Part shown: in pieces, positions 1 to 8,201 of the stretch
Layout: every line of letters begins with the position of its first letter
How positions within the stretch are numbered: the stretch's first letter is position 1
Source of the DNA: Pyrinomonadaceae bacterium
GTDB lineage: Bacteria; Acidobacteriota; Blastocatellia; Pyrinomonadales; Pyrinomonadaceae
Assembly (NCBI GenBank): GCA_036403295.1
Contig: DASWRG010000058.1
Location: 27,815 to 91,814, forward strand
Direction: 5' to 3'
DNA length: 64,000 nt
Made by a program: the position numbers and the translations under genes
The notes under the pieces: model-generated
Seen by the model: the letters and a program-made list of their open reading frames with translations, nothing else
Told to the model about the DNA's origin: nothing
The model's database searches: none

Positions 1-574
1 ACTTGATGTTGATGAAATTTCTAATGCCGAGCCGCCCGAGATAACCGTCGGAGAGACACTTGAATGGACGAAGAGCCTCTCAGATTATCCGGCTTTGACG
101 TGGTCGCTCAGCTATTACTTTCGCGGAGCAGGCAAGGGCTTCAACACGACTGCTGCGGCAGAGGGCGACGACTTTCACGTGACGGTGGATAAAAGCGTGA
201 CGGCGGAAATGTCCGTTGGTGCCTATTCCTGGGAAGCATGGGTCTCGGATGGAAGCTCCGAGTTCATGATCGCGCGCGGAGAGACGAAAGTCATTCAGAA
301 TTTGAAAACGATGGCCGTCACTTCGACCTTCGACAATCGCTCGCAGGCGAAAAAGATTCTCGACGCGATAGATACGCTCATTGCAGGGCGCGTTCCCAGG
401 GACGTGCAGCTGTACGTGATCGGCAATCGCCAGCTTCAGCGCATCCCGGTCGAGCAGTTAATCAAGCTGCGCGAGACCTACTCGAAACTCTATGCGGCAG
501 AGCTACGCCGCGCGCGCGTACGCAAAGGCAAGACTCTCTTCAAAACTATAGATGTGAGGTTTGATAGACCGTAA
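1..574 (+). CDS. Phage protein with a gpW-like head-tail joining C-terminus, probably 5-prime truncated by the window edge
   Basis: The frame is open from nt 2. The only in-frame start in the window is TTG at 95, which falls inside what reads as a beta-sandwich domain. The C-terminal ~70 aa (ILDAIDTLIAGRV...RQLQRIPVEQLIKLRETYSKLYAAELRRARVRKG) parallels lambda gpW. It sits directly upstream of the portal, with a TAATG stop/start overlap. Confidence 0.5.
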   Translation, partial: LDVDEISNAEPPEITVGETLEWTKSLSDYPALTWSLSYYFRGAGKGFNTTAAAEGDDFHVTVDKSVTAEMSVGAYSWEAWVSDGSSEFMIARGETKVIQNLKTMAVTSTFDNRSQAKKILDAIDTLIAGRVPRDVQLYVIGNRQLQRIPVEQLIKLRETYSKLYAAELRRARVRKGKTLFKTIDVRFDRP

Positions 575-2154
575 TGGACTTTTTATCACTGAATCTGGAG
601 TTGCCGACATTCGCGCAGCTTCGCCACGAACAGGCAGCAGCTCGCGCCAAACTTGAGCGCCGCGAGAAACGACGTGCCCTCAGGCGCTCCTATGACGCCG
701 CGCGCGTCGACCGATTGAGTCGCGACTTCACAGTCGTCAACACCTCGAATAATTTCGAGCTGCGCCGCTCGCTCAGGTTTCTCCGCGCCCGCTCGCGCGA
801 CCTGGCGCGCAATAATGACTACGTCAAAAAGTTTCTCTCGATGGTCAGAAACAACGTGGCTGGCCCGACGGGCATGAAGTTACAGGTGAGAGCGCGCGAT
901 AAAAATGGTGAGCTTGATCAGGTCTTGAATCGCACGATTGAAACTGCGTGGAAGCAGTGGTGCCACAAGGAGAACGCCTCCCTGAACGGGAAGCTTTCGT
1001 GGACGGCGATTCAGCGCAAGCATATCAATGCGATCGCGCGCGACGGTGAAAGCCTCTTACGTATCTGCGACGCCGATAATCCTTTTGGCTTCTCTCTGAA
1101 GTTTTACAGTGCCGACTGGCTCGACGAGACTTTCAACGAAAGACTCCCGAACGGCAACCGCGTGATCATGTCGGTTGAACTAGACGAGAACGACAGGCCG
1201 GTCGCTTATCATTTGACCCCGCCTCCGTCCGATTACCTCTTTCTCGATAGAGACGCGAAGGCCAACTGGCGCACGCGCGTGCCCGCTGAAGAGATCATTC
1301 ACAGTTTTCTGATGGATGATGAGAACTCCGACGATGACACGCAGGTGAGGGGCGTGCCCTGGATACACACGGCCATCAAGCGGCTGAAGATCTTGGGCGC
1401 ATACGAAGAGGCGGAGTTGGTCGCGGCGCGCGTCGGTGCCTGCAAGATGGGATTTTTCAAGCAAGAAACGCCCGAAGAGGAAGAATATACGGGCGAAGAG
1501 GATGATGAAGAGGACAGGTCTAATCCGAATCTGCCGCATAATGCCGAGGCCGGACAGTTCGACCTCATCCCAGCGGGATATACTTTCGAATCATACGATC
1601 CAACGCACCCGAACACGAGCTATCCGTCTTTTATCAAGGGCGTTTTGCGCGGCATCGCCGCCGGCATGGACGTAACCTATTTCTCGTTGGCCGAAGACCT
1701 CGAAGGCGTCAATTATTCTTCGGCGCGGATCGGCCTGCTTTCAGAGCGCGACACTTGGCGCGGTCTCCAGCATTTTCAGATCGAGGAACTGCAAAGGCGC
1801 GTCTTTCTCGCCTGGCTCCGCTCGGCCATGATGACCGGCGCGGTAAATATCCGTGTGGCCGATTACAAACGGCTCCAGGAACCTCATTTCCAACCGCGCG
1901 GCTGGCGCTGGATTGACCCCTACAAGGAGATTCAGGCGGCCAAGATGGCAGTCGAGGAGGGCTTTGATGCCCGCACTGATGTGATCGGTGAGCAGGGCGG
2001 CGATTTCGAAGAGAAAATGACCACTCTGGCACACGAGCAAAAGGTCATCAAAGAGAAGGGCGTTGTGCTCGGCGCGAAGGATTCAAAAGCCTCTGCGCCA
2101 CCCGCGGCTGTTGAATCCTCCCCGCCTTCTAAGAAAGCGGCGGGGATTCCTTAG
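574..2154 (+). CDS. Phage portal protein, lambda (gpB) family
   Basis: 526 aa. It carries the motif RSLRFLRARSRDLARNNDYVKKFLSMVRNNVAGPTGMKLQ typical of lambda-family portals and has an acidic internal patch. It lies upstream of the protease/capsid gene. Confidence 0.85.
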   Translation: MDFLSLNLELPTFAQLRHEQAAARAKLERREKRRALRRSYDAARVDRLSRDFTVVNTSNNFELRRSLRFLRARSRDLARNNDYVKKFLSMVRNNVAGPTGMKLQVRARDKNGELDQVLNRTIETAWKQWCHKENASLNGKLSWTAIQRKHINAIARDGESLLRICDADNPFGFSLKFYSADWLDETFNERLPNGNRVIMSVELDENDRPVAYHLTPPPSDYLFLDRDAKANWRTRVPAEEIIHSFLMDDENSDDDTQVRGVPWIHTAIKRLKILGAYEEAELVAARVGACKMGFFKQETPEEEEYTGEEDDEEDRSNPNLPHNAEAGQFDLIPAGYTFESYDPTHPNTSYPSFIKGVLRGIAAGMDVTYFSLAEDLEGVNYSSARIGLLSERDTWRGLQHFQIEELQRRVFLAWLRSAMMTGAVNIRVADYKRLQEPHFQPRGWRWIDPYKEIQAAKMAVEEGFDARTDVIGEQGGDFEEKMTTLAHEQKVIKEKGVVLGAKDSKASAPPAAVESSPPSKKAAGIP

Positions 2155-2182
2155 AAGGCGGTCGGGAGTTGGATTTGAAAAC

Positions 2183-2614
2183 TTACGGTTCGACGCTTGG
2201 GAGTTCGGTCATTTCCGCCCGTTGTTCTTCAACGTATTTCTTGACCTTATCCAACGTCGTGCCGCCTACGGTGCTTGAAAACTTAGACGGAGACCAGAGA
2301 TGCCCGCCCCACAAACGGCGACGGAGTGACGGGAACTCTCGAAAGATTCTATAGGCACTGCCGCCTTTGAATCTGTGAAGCACACTTGAAACTGTGTGCG
2401 TTGGCTTTAACCTGCAAAGGACATGGACGTGGTCGGTATCACACTCGACGGCAATTATTTCAACGTCAATCGCTACCGCGATTTCGTGCAGGACTGCTTT
2501 AACCCTGTCACCAATCTCGCGGGTCAAGAGCGTGTGGCGATACTTGACGCACCAGCACAGGTGATAGTTCAGAACGTGCTTGCCGTGTGCGCTACTCGCG
2601 TGCTTCTGTCTCAC
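2183..2614 (-). CDS. tnpA: IS200/IS605-family Y1 (HUH) transposase TnpA
   Basis: 143 aa. It has the HUH motif DHVHVL and a C-terminal catalytic-Tyr helix KVKKYVEEQ. Size and sequence are typical of IS200 TnpA. Confidence 0.85.
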   Translation of the reverse strand: MRQKHASSAHGKHVLNYHLCWCVKYRHTLLTREIGDRVKAVLHEIAVAIDVEIIAVECDTDHVHVLCRLKPTHTVSSVLHRFKGGSAYRIFREFPSLRRRLWGGHLWSPSKFSSTVGGTTLDKVKKYVEEQRAEMTELPSVEP

Positions 2615-2621
2615 GTTACTT

Positions 2622-2831
2622 CTACCCTTTCTTTGCAGGCCGTCCGGCCTTTGGACGCTCGCGCATTTTCTCTAAATCTTTCCGCCGAATCGCCCAACCG
2701 GAAAGACCTTTTACGATTTCGCCCACAGGTTGAGCCGGAAGTTTTCCCGACTCAACCATTTTTTGCACCGAACTTTTTGTTAATCCAAGTTCGAGTGCGG
2801 CGGCTTGCACGCTCAGAAGTTCGTCTTTCAC
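2622..2831 (-). CDS. Excisionase/MerR-type helix-turn-helix DNA-binding protein
   Basis: 69 aa. LSVQAAALELGLTKSSVQKMVESGKLPA matches the excisionase-family HTH pattern and the tail is basic. There is a 4-nt ATGA overlap with the upstream ORF, and the gene ends 8 nt before the tnpA start. Confidence 0.6.
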   Translation of the reverse strand: MKDELLSVQAAALELGLTKSSVQKMVESGKLPAQPVGEIVKGLSGWAIRRKDLEKMRERPKAGRPAKKG

Positions 2832-3085
2832 TGTTCGCCCTCCATGTGCGATTCGATAATTTCACGTACAACGCGAAGCGTCTCAGCCCTCGCATCAGAA
2901 GGCAGCAGTTCGCGCATACTCTCAATCGCGCCTTGCTCGCCAAAGCCGCTCGTCATTGTTTGAGTGATTGTGTCGCCGTTTTCTCGTTCCCAAGCGAGTT
3001 CGTATGTCCGCGCTCCCACCCAGCCCTCAGGAGTTTCAACTGTGCCGTTTTCAATGTCGTTAAAGAATTTGTCAAGGTCTGTCAT
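2828..3085 (-). CDS. Hypothetical acidic 85-aa protein, first gene of the antisense cassette
   Basis: The ORF has a consensus sigma70-like promoter upstream and is translationally coupled to the HTH gene. I recognise no family. Confidence 0.45.
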   Translation of the reverse strand: MTDLDKFFNDIENGTVETPEGWVGARTYELAWERENGDTITQTMTSGFGEQGAIESMRELLPSDARAETLRVVREIIESHMEGEQ

Positions 3086-3125
3086 CGTCTTTATCTCCTT
3101 CTCAAATTCGTTATTTCTAACGTAA

Positions 3126-3186
3126 GAGAATATTACGCGACTAAAGAATATTTGTCAACACTTATTTTCTCTAATCAGAGAATATT
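3126..3186 (-). promoter_or_regulatory. Three copies of AGAATATT (palindromic AATATT core) overlapping and flanking the promoter; candidate operators
   Basis: Copies lie at 3127-3134, 3145-3152 and 3179-3186. The first overlaps the -10 and the second abuts the -35. Confidence 0.4.
3130..3158 (-). promoter_or_regulatory. Sigma70-like promoter for the antisense cassette (TTGACA, 17 nt, TAATAT)
   Basis: The reverse complement of 3130-3158 reads TTGACAaatattctttagtcgcgTAATAT. The ATG of the 85-aa ORF at 3085 lies about 45 nt downstream. Confidence 0.5.
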
Positions 3187-3234
3187 TCACACACTATTTC
3201 GTGTATTCAAACTAGAAAGGATTGGAGGCTTGAG

Positions 3235-3279
3235 GCGAACATTTGAAAGCATGTTCGCAGAGGACACAATTCCTCTGCG
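3235..3279. repeat. Two adjacent/overlapping stem-loops (GCGAACAT/ATGTTCGC and CGCAGAGGA/TCCTCTGCG) upstream of the cassette promoter; possible IS200/IS605-type subterminal hairpins
   Basis: An 8-bp stem at 3235-3242/3251-3258 and a 9-bp stem at 3256-3264/3271-3279, both read directly from the sequence. Confidence 0.35.
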
Positions 3280-3418
3280 ACATAAATGCTCGCAGTCTCC
3301 TTGTGAGTTCTGATGAAAAAGAGGCCGACGGGCAGAAACCCTCCCGGAAATAAAATTTTCAACTCGTGCATATTCACGTCTGTTGCGAAGGATGCTCCTT
3401 TTAGCGACGGACGTGAAT

Positions 3419-5467
3419 ATGAAGAAAAAGCTTCTCCAGCGAAACGACAAACGCGTCATCGGCAAAAAGCTGAAGCGCGCCTTTGCGCTTGTCCGAGAAA
3501 GCCTTCAGATTGACGAGAAGGCACGTACAGTCGAGCCAATCGCTTTCTCATCCGACACGCCCGTCGAGCACTGGTTCGGCAGGCTCATTCTCGATCATTC
3601 CCCTAGTTCAGTTCGCCTCGACCGCCTCCGGCAGAACGGCCCCTTCCTGACAGACCACGACCGCACAAAGCAAATCGGCGTTCACGAAAACGTGAGCAAC
3701 GACGGCCATATCTGTCGCGCGAAGATACGGTTCTCGAAACGATCTTCAGCCGAAGAAGAATTTCAGGACGTGATTGACGGCATCCGCACCGGCATCTCTT
3801 CCGGCTTCATCGTGCATGAACTGCATTTGGAGCGCGAAGACGACGACGGGCCTATCTATCGCTCGACCGACTGGGAGCCGGTGGAAAACTCTCTGGTTTC
3901 CATTCCTGCCGATTTAACCGTTGGCGTCGGGCGCTCGATGGACGATGCCGAAGATGTCTGCGAAGCCTGCGAAGGCGAGGGCTGTGAAGAGTGTCAAGAG
4001 GAAGAGCGCGCCGGCGATAAAGAGGATTACGACCCGGAAGAGGAAGAAGACCCGGACGCAGCGGCTGAAGAGGACGAGGAACGAAACAAACAAGGCGGCG
4101 CGCGCGCCGCGCATAAACCAACTACCGAAGCGAGGAAAGTAATGGAAAGAGATGAAGAGCTTTTAGCGCTGGGCGAGATGCTCGGCGAGGTTGAACTGGC
4201 GCGCGAATTCATCGCCGACGAGACAATGACGGTCGCGGATTTCCGCAAGGAAGTGCGCGAGAAGCACAGGGCCGCGAAGGCGAAGACGCCGACGGAAGAT
4301 CCGGCGACGGTCGCCGCGCGCTCCGGCGGACACGTCCAACTGACCACGCGCGCTATCGGCGGCTTGAAAGCCTTCCGCGGCGAAGGCGCAGCGGAAAAGG
4401 CATATCGCTTCGGCATGTTCCTGCTCGCTGGCCCTATGGCGCGAGTTTGCAACGAGCAGTTGCTGTCGCGTGCGCAGACTTTTTGCCGTGAGAACGGCAT
4501 CGTCATTAAGCGCGCACACAGCGAAAGTGACAACGAGAGTGGTGGCGTGCTCGTGCCGACCGAGTTCGAAGCGGTGATGATTGACCTGCGCGAGCAGTTC
4601 GGCGTCTTCCGCCGCTTCGCTAACGTCGTGCCAATGAGCACCGACTCCAAGCAGCGCCCGCGTCGCAAGGGCGGCCTCACGGCCTACCCGATTGGCGCGA
4701 AAGGTTCCAGCCGTCGCATTACCGAGTCGAAGAAGAAGTGGGATTTGGTCGAACTGTTCGCGCGCAAGTGGGGCGTCCTGGCCAAGTACGAGGACGAGCT
4801 GTCGGAAGACTCTGTGATCTCGATGGCCGACGACCTGGCGTATGAGATCGCCTATGCCATGACCATCGCGGAAGACGATTGCGGCTTCCTCGGCGACGGC
4901 ACGGGCGACTTTCACGGCATCACGGGCGTCATCAACAAGATCAAGGGCCTCTCCGGCACCGTCGCGAATGTCGCCGGCCTCGTGCAGGCTTCAGGTAATA
5001 CCTGGGATTCCATCACGCGCGGCGACCTGCTCAAGCTCGTCGGGCGTCTTCCCCAGTACGCCGACACCCCGAACGCCCGTTTCTTCTGTCACAAGACCTT
5101 CTGGAGCGAAGTGCTCGTGCGCCTCATCCTCGAAGCAGGCGGCACAACCGCAGCCGAGGTCGAGGGCGCGCGCGTGAAGATGTTCAATGGCTATCAGGTC
5201 GAGATCGCGCAGGTCTTGCCGAAGAGCACGGCGGCGAGCACGATTCCGCTCCTGTTCGGCGACCTGGCGAAGGGCACGATGTTCGGCGACCGTCGCGGCG
5301 TCACGATCAAGCTCACCGACTCCAACGACACGGATTTCGAAGAGGATCTGTGGACGATCAAGGGCACGGAGCGCTTCGACATCAACGTGCACGACGTGGG
5401 CAATGCCGATGCCACGCCCGCGAAGCGCGAAGCCGGTCCGATTGTCGCTTTGATCACCGCTCCCTAA
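3419..5467 (+). CDS. Prohead protease (HK97/S78-type) fused in frame to an HK97-fold major capsid protein
   Basis: - The N-terminal ~230 aa carry protease-like motifs (LTDHDRTKQIG, GISSGF).
- An acidic Cys-containing linker follows (CEACEGEGCEECQEEE...).
- The C-terminal ~440 aa are typical of a phage major capsid protein (VLAKYEDELSEDSVISMADDLAYEIAYAM...DGTGDFHGITG).
- The longest ORF starts at TTG 3383; ATG 3419 is preferred.
- There is an in-frame internal GAGGA-N5-ATG at 4142. Confidence 0.8.
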   Translation: MKKKLLQRNDKRVIGKKLKRAFALVRESLQIDEKARTVEPIAFSSDTPVEHWFGRLILDHSPSSVRLDRLRQNGPFLTDHDRTKQIGVHENVSNDGHICRAKIRFSKRSSAEEEFQDVIDGIRTGISSGFIVHELHLEREDDDGPIYRSTDWEPVENSLVSIPADLTVGVGRSMDDAEDVCEACEGEGCEECQEEERAGDKEDYDPEEEEDPDAAAEEDEERNKQGGARAAHKPTTEARKVMERDEELLALGEMLGEVELAREFIADETMTVADFRKEVREKHRAAKAKTPTEDPATVAARSGGHVQLTTRAIGGLKAFRGEGAAEKAYRFGMFLLAGPMARVCNEQLLSRAQTFCRENGIVIKRAHSESDNESGGVLVPTEFEAVMIDLREQFGVFRRFANVVPMSTDSKQRPRRKGGLTAYPIGAKGSSRRITESKKKWDLVELFARKWGVLAKYEDELSEDSVISMADDLAYEIAYAMTIAEDDCGFLGDGTGDFHGITGVINKIKGLSGTVANVAGLVQASGNTWDSITRGDLLKLVGRLPQYADTPNARFFCHKTFWSEVLVRLILEAGGTTAAEVEGARVKMFNGYQVEIAQVLPKSTAASTIPLLFGDLAKGTMFGDRRGVTIKLTDSNDTDFEEDLWTIKGTERFDINVHDVGNADATPAKREAGPIVALITAP

Positions 5468-5569
5468 TTGAGAAGTGATGAGTTATCAGGGCGGGTGCTC
5501 CGGCGCTCGCCCTCTCCCTTAACAGTTTTTTGATTCTTGCTTGGAAGATTTTTCTGACGGAGAGAAGAA

Positions 5570-6010
5570 ATGATCAACAGTCTCGCACAGAAAGTTGTGG
5601 CCGTGACGAATCCCGCTGCGATCGTCGATAACGCCGCGTTCCCGACCACTACGATTGACACGCTCGGCTTTCGCTACGTGACGATCATCATCCTGCTCGG
5701 CGCGCTCGACATCGCGCTCGCCGCGCTCAAGCTTCAGGAGTCGGATGCCTCGAACATGGCGGGCGCGACCGACGTGCCCGGCGCGGATTTCAGCGTTGCG
5801 CCGGCGACGCTTCCGGCAGCGACCGACGACAACAAGCTTTACGCCATTCACGTCAACCTGAATGGCCGCAAGCGTTACCTCGACCTCTCGATGACGGGCG
5901 GAGACGGCACCGCGGGCAGCTATGCGGTAGCAGTCGCTGTTCTCTCGCGCGCAGCGGAAACCCCGAGCGATGCGACCGGACGAGGTTACGCGCAAGAGCT
6001 GATTGCCTAA
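5570..6010 (+). CDS. Phage head-associated protein of unknown function (occupies the lambda FI / decoration slot)
   Basis: 146-aa ORF between the capsid gene and the FII-like gene, with a 1-nt stop/start overlap with the next gene. I recognise no family. Confidence 0.45.
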   Translation: MINSLAQKVVAVTNPAAIVDNAAFPTTTIDTLGFRYVTIIILLGALDIALAALKLQESDASNMAGATDVPGADFSVAPATLPAATDDNKLYAIHVNLNGRKRYLDLSMTGGDGTAGSYAVAVAVLSRAAETPSDATGRGYAQELIA

Positions 6011-6306
6011 TGGCGTTCACTGAAGATTTAACTCTGTTCTTTGACCCGGACGGCTTCGCTATAGAAGCCGTCTTCAATCTCAGCCCGACGCCGCGCACAG
6101 CGTCTGTGATCTTCAACACACCGTCACAGGCGGTTGACATCTATGACGCGCAGGTCGAGGCCGACGCGCCGAATCTGCTCGCAAAGACTTCTGATCTCTC
6201 CGGAGTAAAGCGCGGCACGACAGTCACCGTGAACAGCGTGGCTTACAAGGTCGAGCGCATCGCTGATGACGGCACTGGAGTCTCGACCGTTTACCTGAGC
6301 AAGTGA
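6010..6306 (+). CDS. Head-tail joining protein, lambda gpFII-like
   Basis: 98 aa. The C-terminal half (VKRGTTVTVNSVAYKVERIADDGTGVSTVYL) parallels gpFII (LRRGDTLTIGEENFWVDRVSPDDGGSCHLWL). Confidence 0.65.
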   Translation: MAFTEDLTLFFDPDGFAIEAVFNLSPTPRTASVIFNTPSQAVDIYDAQVEADAPNLLAKTSDLSGVKRGTTVTVNSVAYKVERIADDGTGVSTVYLSK

Positions 6307-6307
6307 G

Positions 6308-6751
6308 ATGGCAGACACGCTTCGTCAAAAGCTGGTCGATAAGGTCGTCGCGCGCATGCGGACGATTCTGATCTCTAACGGCTATCAGACCGATCTCGGC
6401 GGGAAGGTCGAAGAGTGGCTGACGCACTGCGATGAGGGCGAAGGGGCGCAGCTCGGCGTCTGCGATCTGAACAACGATCCGGAGCTGAGCGAGAAATACG
6501 CGCTCGATCAGACCAACAAGCTGAAGATTCAGCTGAGGGTCATGGGCGCGCAGAATCCGGCCGAGCTGAGAAAGATGATCGGCGACTGCCAGACAGCGGT
6601 GAAGAAAGACCCGCGCTGGGACGGCATGGCTCTTCAGACCATACCGGGACAGGACGGCTTCATGATCCCGAGCGAGTCATTTCAGGTGGCGGGAGCCGCC
6701 ATTGAATTTACGATTGAATATTTGTCGAACACGTTCGATGCATACGAGTGA
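6308..6751 (+). CDS. Tail terminator, lambda gpU-like
   Basis: 147 aa, directly upstream of the major tail gene. The N-terminal helix LRQKLVDKVVARM and the C-terminal AAIEFTIEY resemble the gpU ends. Confidence 0.5.
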   Translation: MADTLRQKLVDKVVARMRTILISNGYQTDLGGKVEEWLTHCDEGEGAQLGVCDLNNDPELSEKYALDQTNKLKIQLRVMGAQNPAELRKMIGDCQTAVKKDPRWDGMALQTIPGQDGFMIPSESFQVAGAAIEFTIEYLSNTFDAYE

Positions 6752-6763
6752 GGAGAGTGAGTA

Positions 6764-7528
6764 ATGTCTAAGCGCGCATATTTTATCGGTCGAGGTTCCA
6801 TTCTGGTTGCCTCGCGCAACGCGGACGGCAGCCCCGGAACGCTGCGTGATGTGGGCGAAGCGCCGACGATCGAGGTTAATGTCCAGGTAGACTTTGCGGA
6901 GAACTTCGACACGAGCGAGGCCATCTCGACGCAGGACCTGCACGTCGCGATCAAGCAGACGGGCAAGCTTCGCCTCGTCCTGAAGGAAGCCACCGCAGAA
7001 AATCTCGCGCTCGCTCTCTTCGGCAAGTCCGTAGACGAGACTACCGGCACCTTCACTGCTGTCGCTTTCCCGACGGGCATCATCGCCGGCGAGACTTATC
7101 AGATTCCGGGCGCGCGCGCCAAGGTCTCCAGCATAGTGATCGTTGACAGCGCGGTAACACCTGCGACCGTGACATCCACCAAGTATGAAGTCGACGCCGA
7201 TTTCGGCACGGTGAAATTCCTCGATGTGTCCAGCTACACGCAGCCCTTCAAGATTTCCGGCACGGAAGCCGCAGGGAAGAAGAGCATTGCTCTTCTGACC
7301 AAGCGCTCGCAGGAACTCTTCATCATGGCGAAGCTCACCAACGTCGCCAACGATGACAAGAAAGAGCTGTGGGAGTTCTACCGCGTCGCACTCAGCCCGG
7401 CCACGAAGATAGACGGCAAGGGTGATGAGGTCGTGATGTACGAGATGGAAGGCAATCTCTTGAAAGATCGCGAGAAGGGCAGCGACCCGACGTTCGGATA
7501 TTTCGGTCGCAGACGCCTGCTCGAATAG
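6764..7528 (+). CDS. Major tail (tube) protein, gpV-like by position and size
   Basis: 254 aa, immediately upstream of the chaperone/frameshift/tape-measure triad and followed by an intrinsic terminator. Confidence 0.6.
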   Translation: MSKRAYFIGRGSILVASRNADGSPGTLRDVGEAPTIEVNVQVDFAENFDTSEAISTQDLHVAIKQTGKLRLVLKEATAENLALALFGKSVDETTGTFTAVAFPTGIIAGETYQIPGARAKVSSIVIVDSAVTPATVTSTKYEVDADFGTVKFLDVSSYTQPFKISGTEAAGKKSIALLTKRSQELFIMAKLTNVANDDKKELWEFYRVALSPATKIDGKGDEVVMYEMEGNLLKDREKGSDPTFGYFGRRRLLE

Positions 7529-7572
7529 GCAAGCGCGTGTCGCAGAGCGGCGGCGCACGTCAATCCACAACT

Positions 7573-7606
7573 GCCGCAGGCTCTAGTCCAAGAGCCTGCG
7601 GCTTTT
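7573..7606 (+). terminator. Intrinsic terminator/attenuator after the major tail gene
   Basis: GCCGCAGGCTC - 8-nt loop - GAGCCTGCGGC followed by TTTT. Confidence 0.6.
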
Positions 7607-7627
7607 ACATAGGAGCAACAGAAAGTA

Positions 7628-8026
7628 ATGAGACACATCAGTAAATTCGCCAACGCGACGCGCACCTGCGTAGCAAAGCTAACCTTTGAGGAAGGCGGCG
7701 TGCGTCAAACCGAAGACCACCGCGTCGTTTATCACTCCTTCTCTCCTAAAGTCGAAAAGGAGATAGCTGAAATCGTTGCGGAGGGAAATAAAGCAAAGGA
7801 AGCAGGTGAGGAAGTCTCGACGCTCGCGCTGGCCCGGCAACTCGCGACGATCGTCAGCGACTTGCCGGACATGTGCGAAGGCACGCCTGAGTCGCCGCAG
7901 CCGGTCAAAATCACGGTTGAGCTATTGGCGGTCTTCAGCGGAGACAACCTGGCATCTATTTTCGAGGCGATTCAGGAAGACATTAACCCGTCAAAAAAGT
8001 CCTCTACGGAACAGCCCGTTTCCTAG
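7628..8026 (+). CDS. Tail assembly chaperone (gpG equivalent)
   Basis: 132-aa acidic ORF between the major tail and tape measure genes, with a slippery heptamer near its 3-prime end. Confidence 0.75.
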   Translation: MRHISKFANATRTCVAKLTFEEGGVRQTEDHRVVYHSFSPKVEKEIAEIVAEGNKAKEAGEEVSTLALARQLATIVSDLPDMCEGTPESPQPVKITVELLAVFSGDNLASIFEAIQEDINPSKKSSTEQPVS

Positions 8027-8196
8027 GTTGCGGCGAAGGCAAGCCGATCGAGGATCTTCCCATTCTCCAGCTCGCGCTTGCCCTCGGCATCAATCCGCAG
8101 GAGATCGCAGAAGAGTGGTCGGCCTATTACGTGAACAGGATGCTGCTGCTGCTTGAGGCAAATGCTCTCTCGCATAAGTTTCGAACAACGGACTAA
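7628..8196 (+). CDS. Frameshifted chaperone fusion (gpGT equivalent); -1 shift at 7993-7999
   Basis: The -1 frame reads KKVLYGTARFLGCGEGKPIEDLPILQLALALGINPQEIAEEWSAYYVNRMLLLLEANALSHKFRTTD* and ends 6 nt before the tape measure ATG. Confidence 0.6.
7993..7999 (+). promoter_or_regulatory. Programmed -1 ribosomal frameshift slippery heptamer A_AAA_AAG
   Basis: The zero-frame codons are tca aaa aag. The -1 frame is open from here to TAA at 8194-8196. Confidence 0.65.
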
Positions 8197-8201
8197 CAGC
8201 C

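Noticed and set aside
2423-3313. 296-aa + strand ORF spanning the antisense cassette
   Set aside because: It is a shadow ORF. It overlaps three minus-strand genes, two of which have recognisable motifs (TnpA, HTH). It also crosses a promoter region and has no recognisable features.
4027-4915. Long minus-strand ORFs (217 and 250 aa) inside the capsid gene
   Set aside because: These are GC-rich antisense shadow ORFs with Arg/Ser/Ala-rich low-complexity translations. The + strand ORF has clear capsid homology.
5488-5530. Hairpin after the capsid gene considered as an intrinsic terminator
   Set aside because: The stem AGGGCG/CGCCCT is short and the T-run lies ~10 nt away, which is too weak to call.
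6677-7570. 297-aa minus-strand ORF over the major tail gene
   Set aside because: It is an antisense shadow ORF. The + strand gene fits the synteny and the operon packing.
7776-8156. Overlapping ORF considered as the frameshifted tail-chaperone extension
   Set aside because: It is in the +1 frame relative to the chaperone. The A_AAA_AAG site predicts a -1 shift, and the -1 frame is open from the site to 8196.
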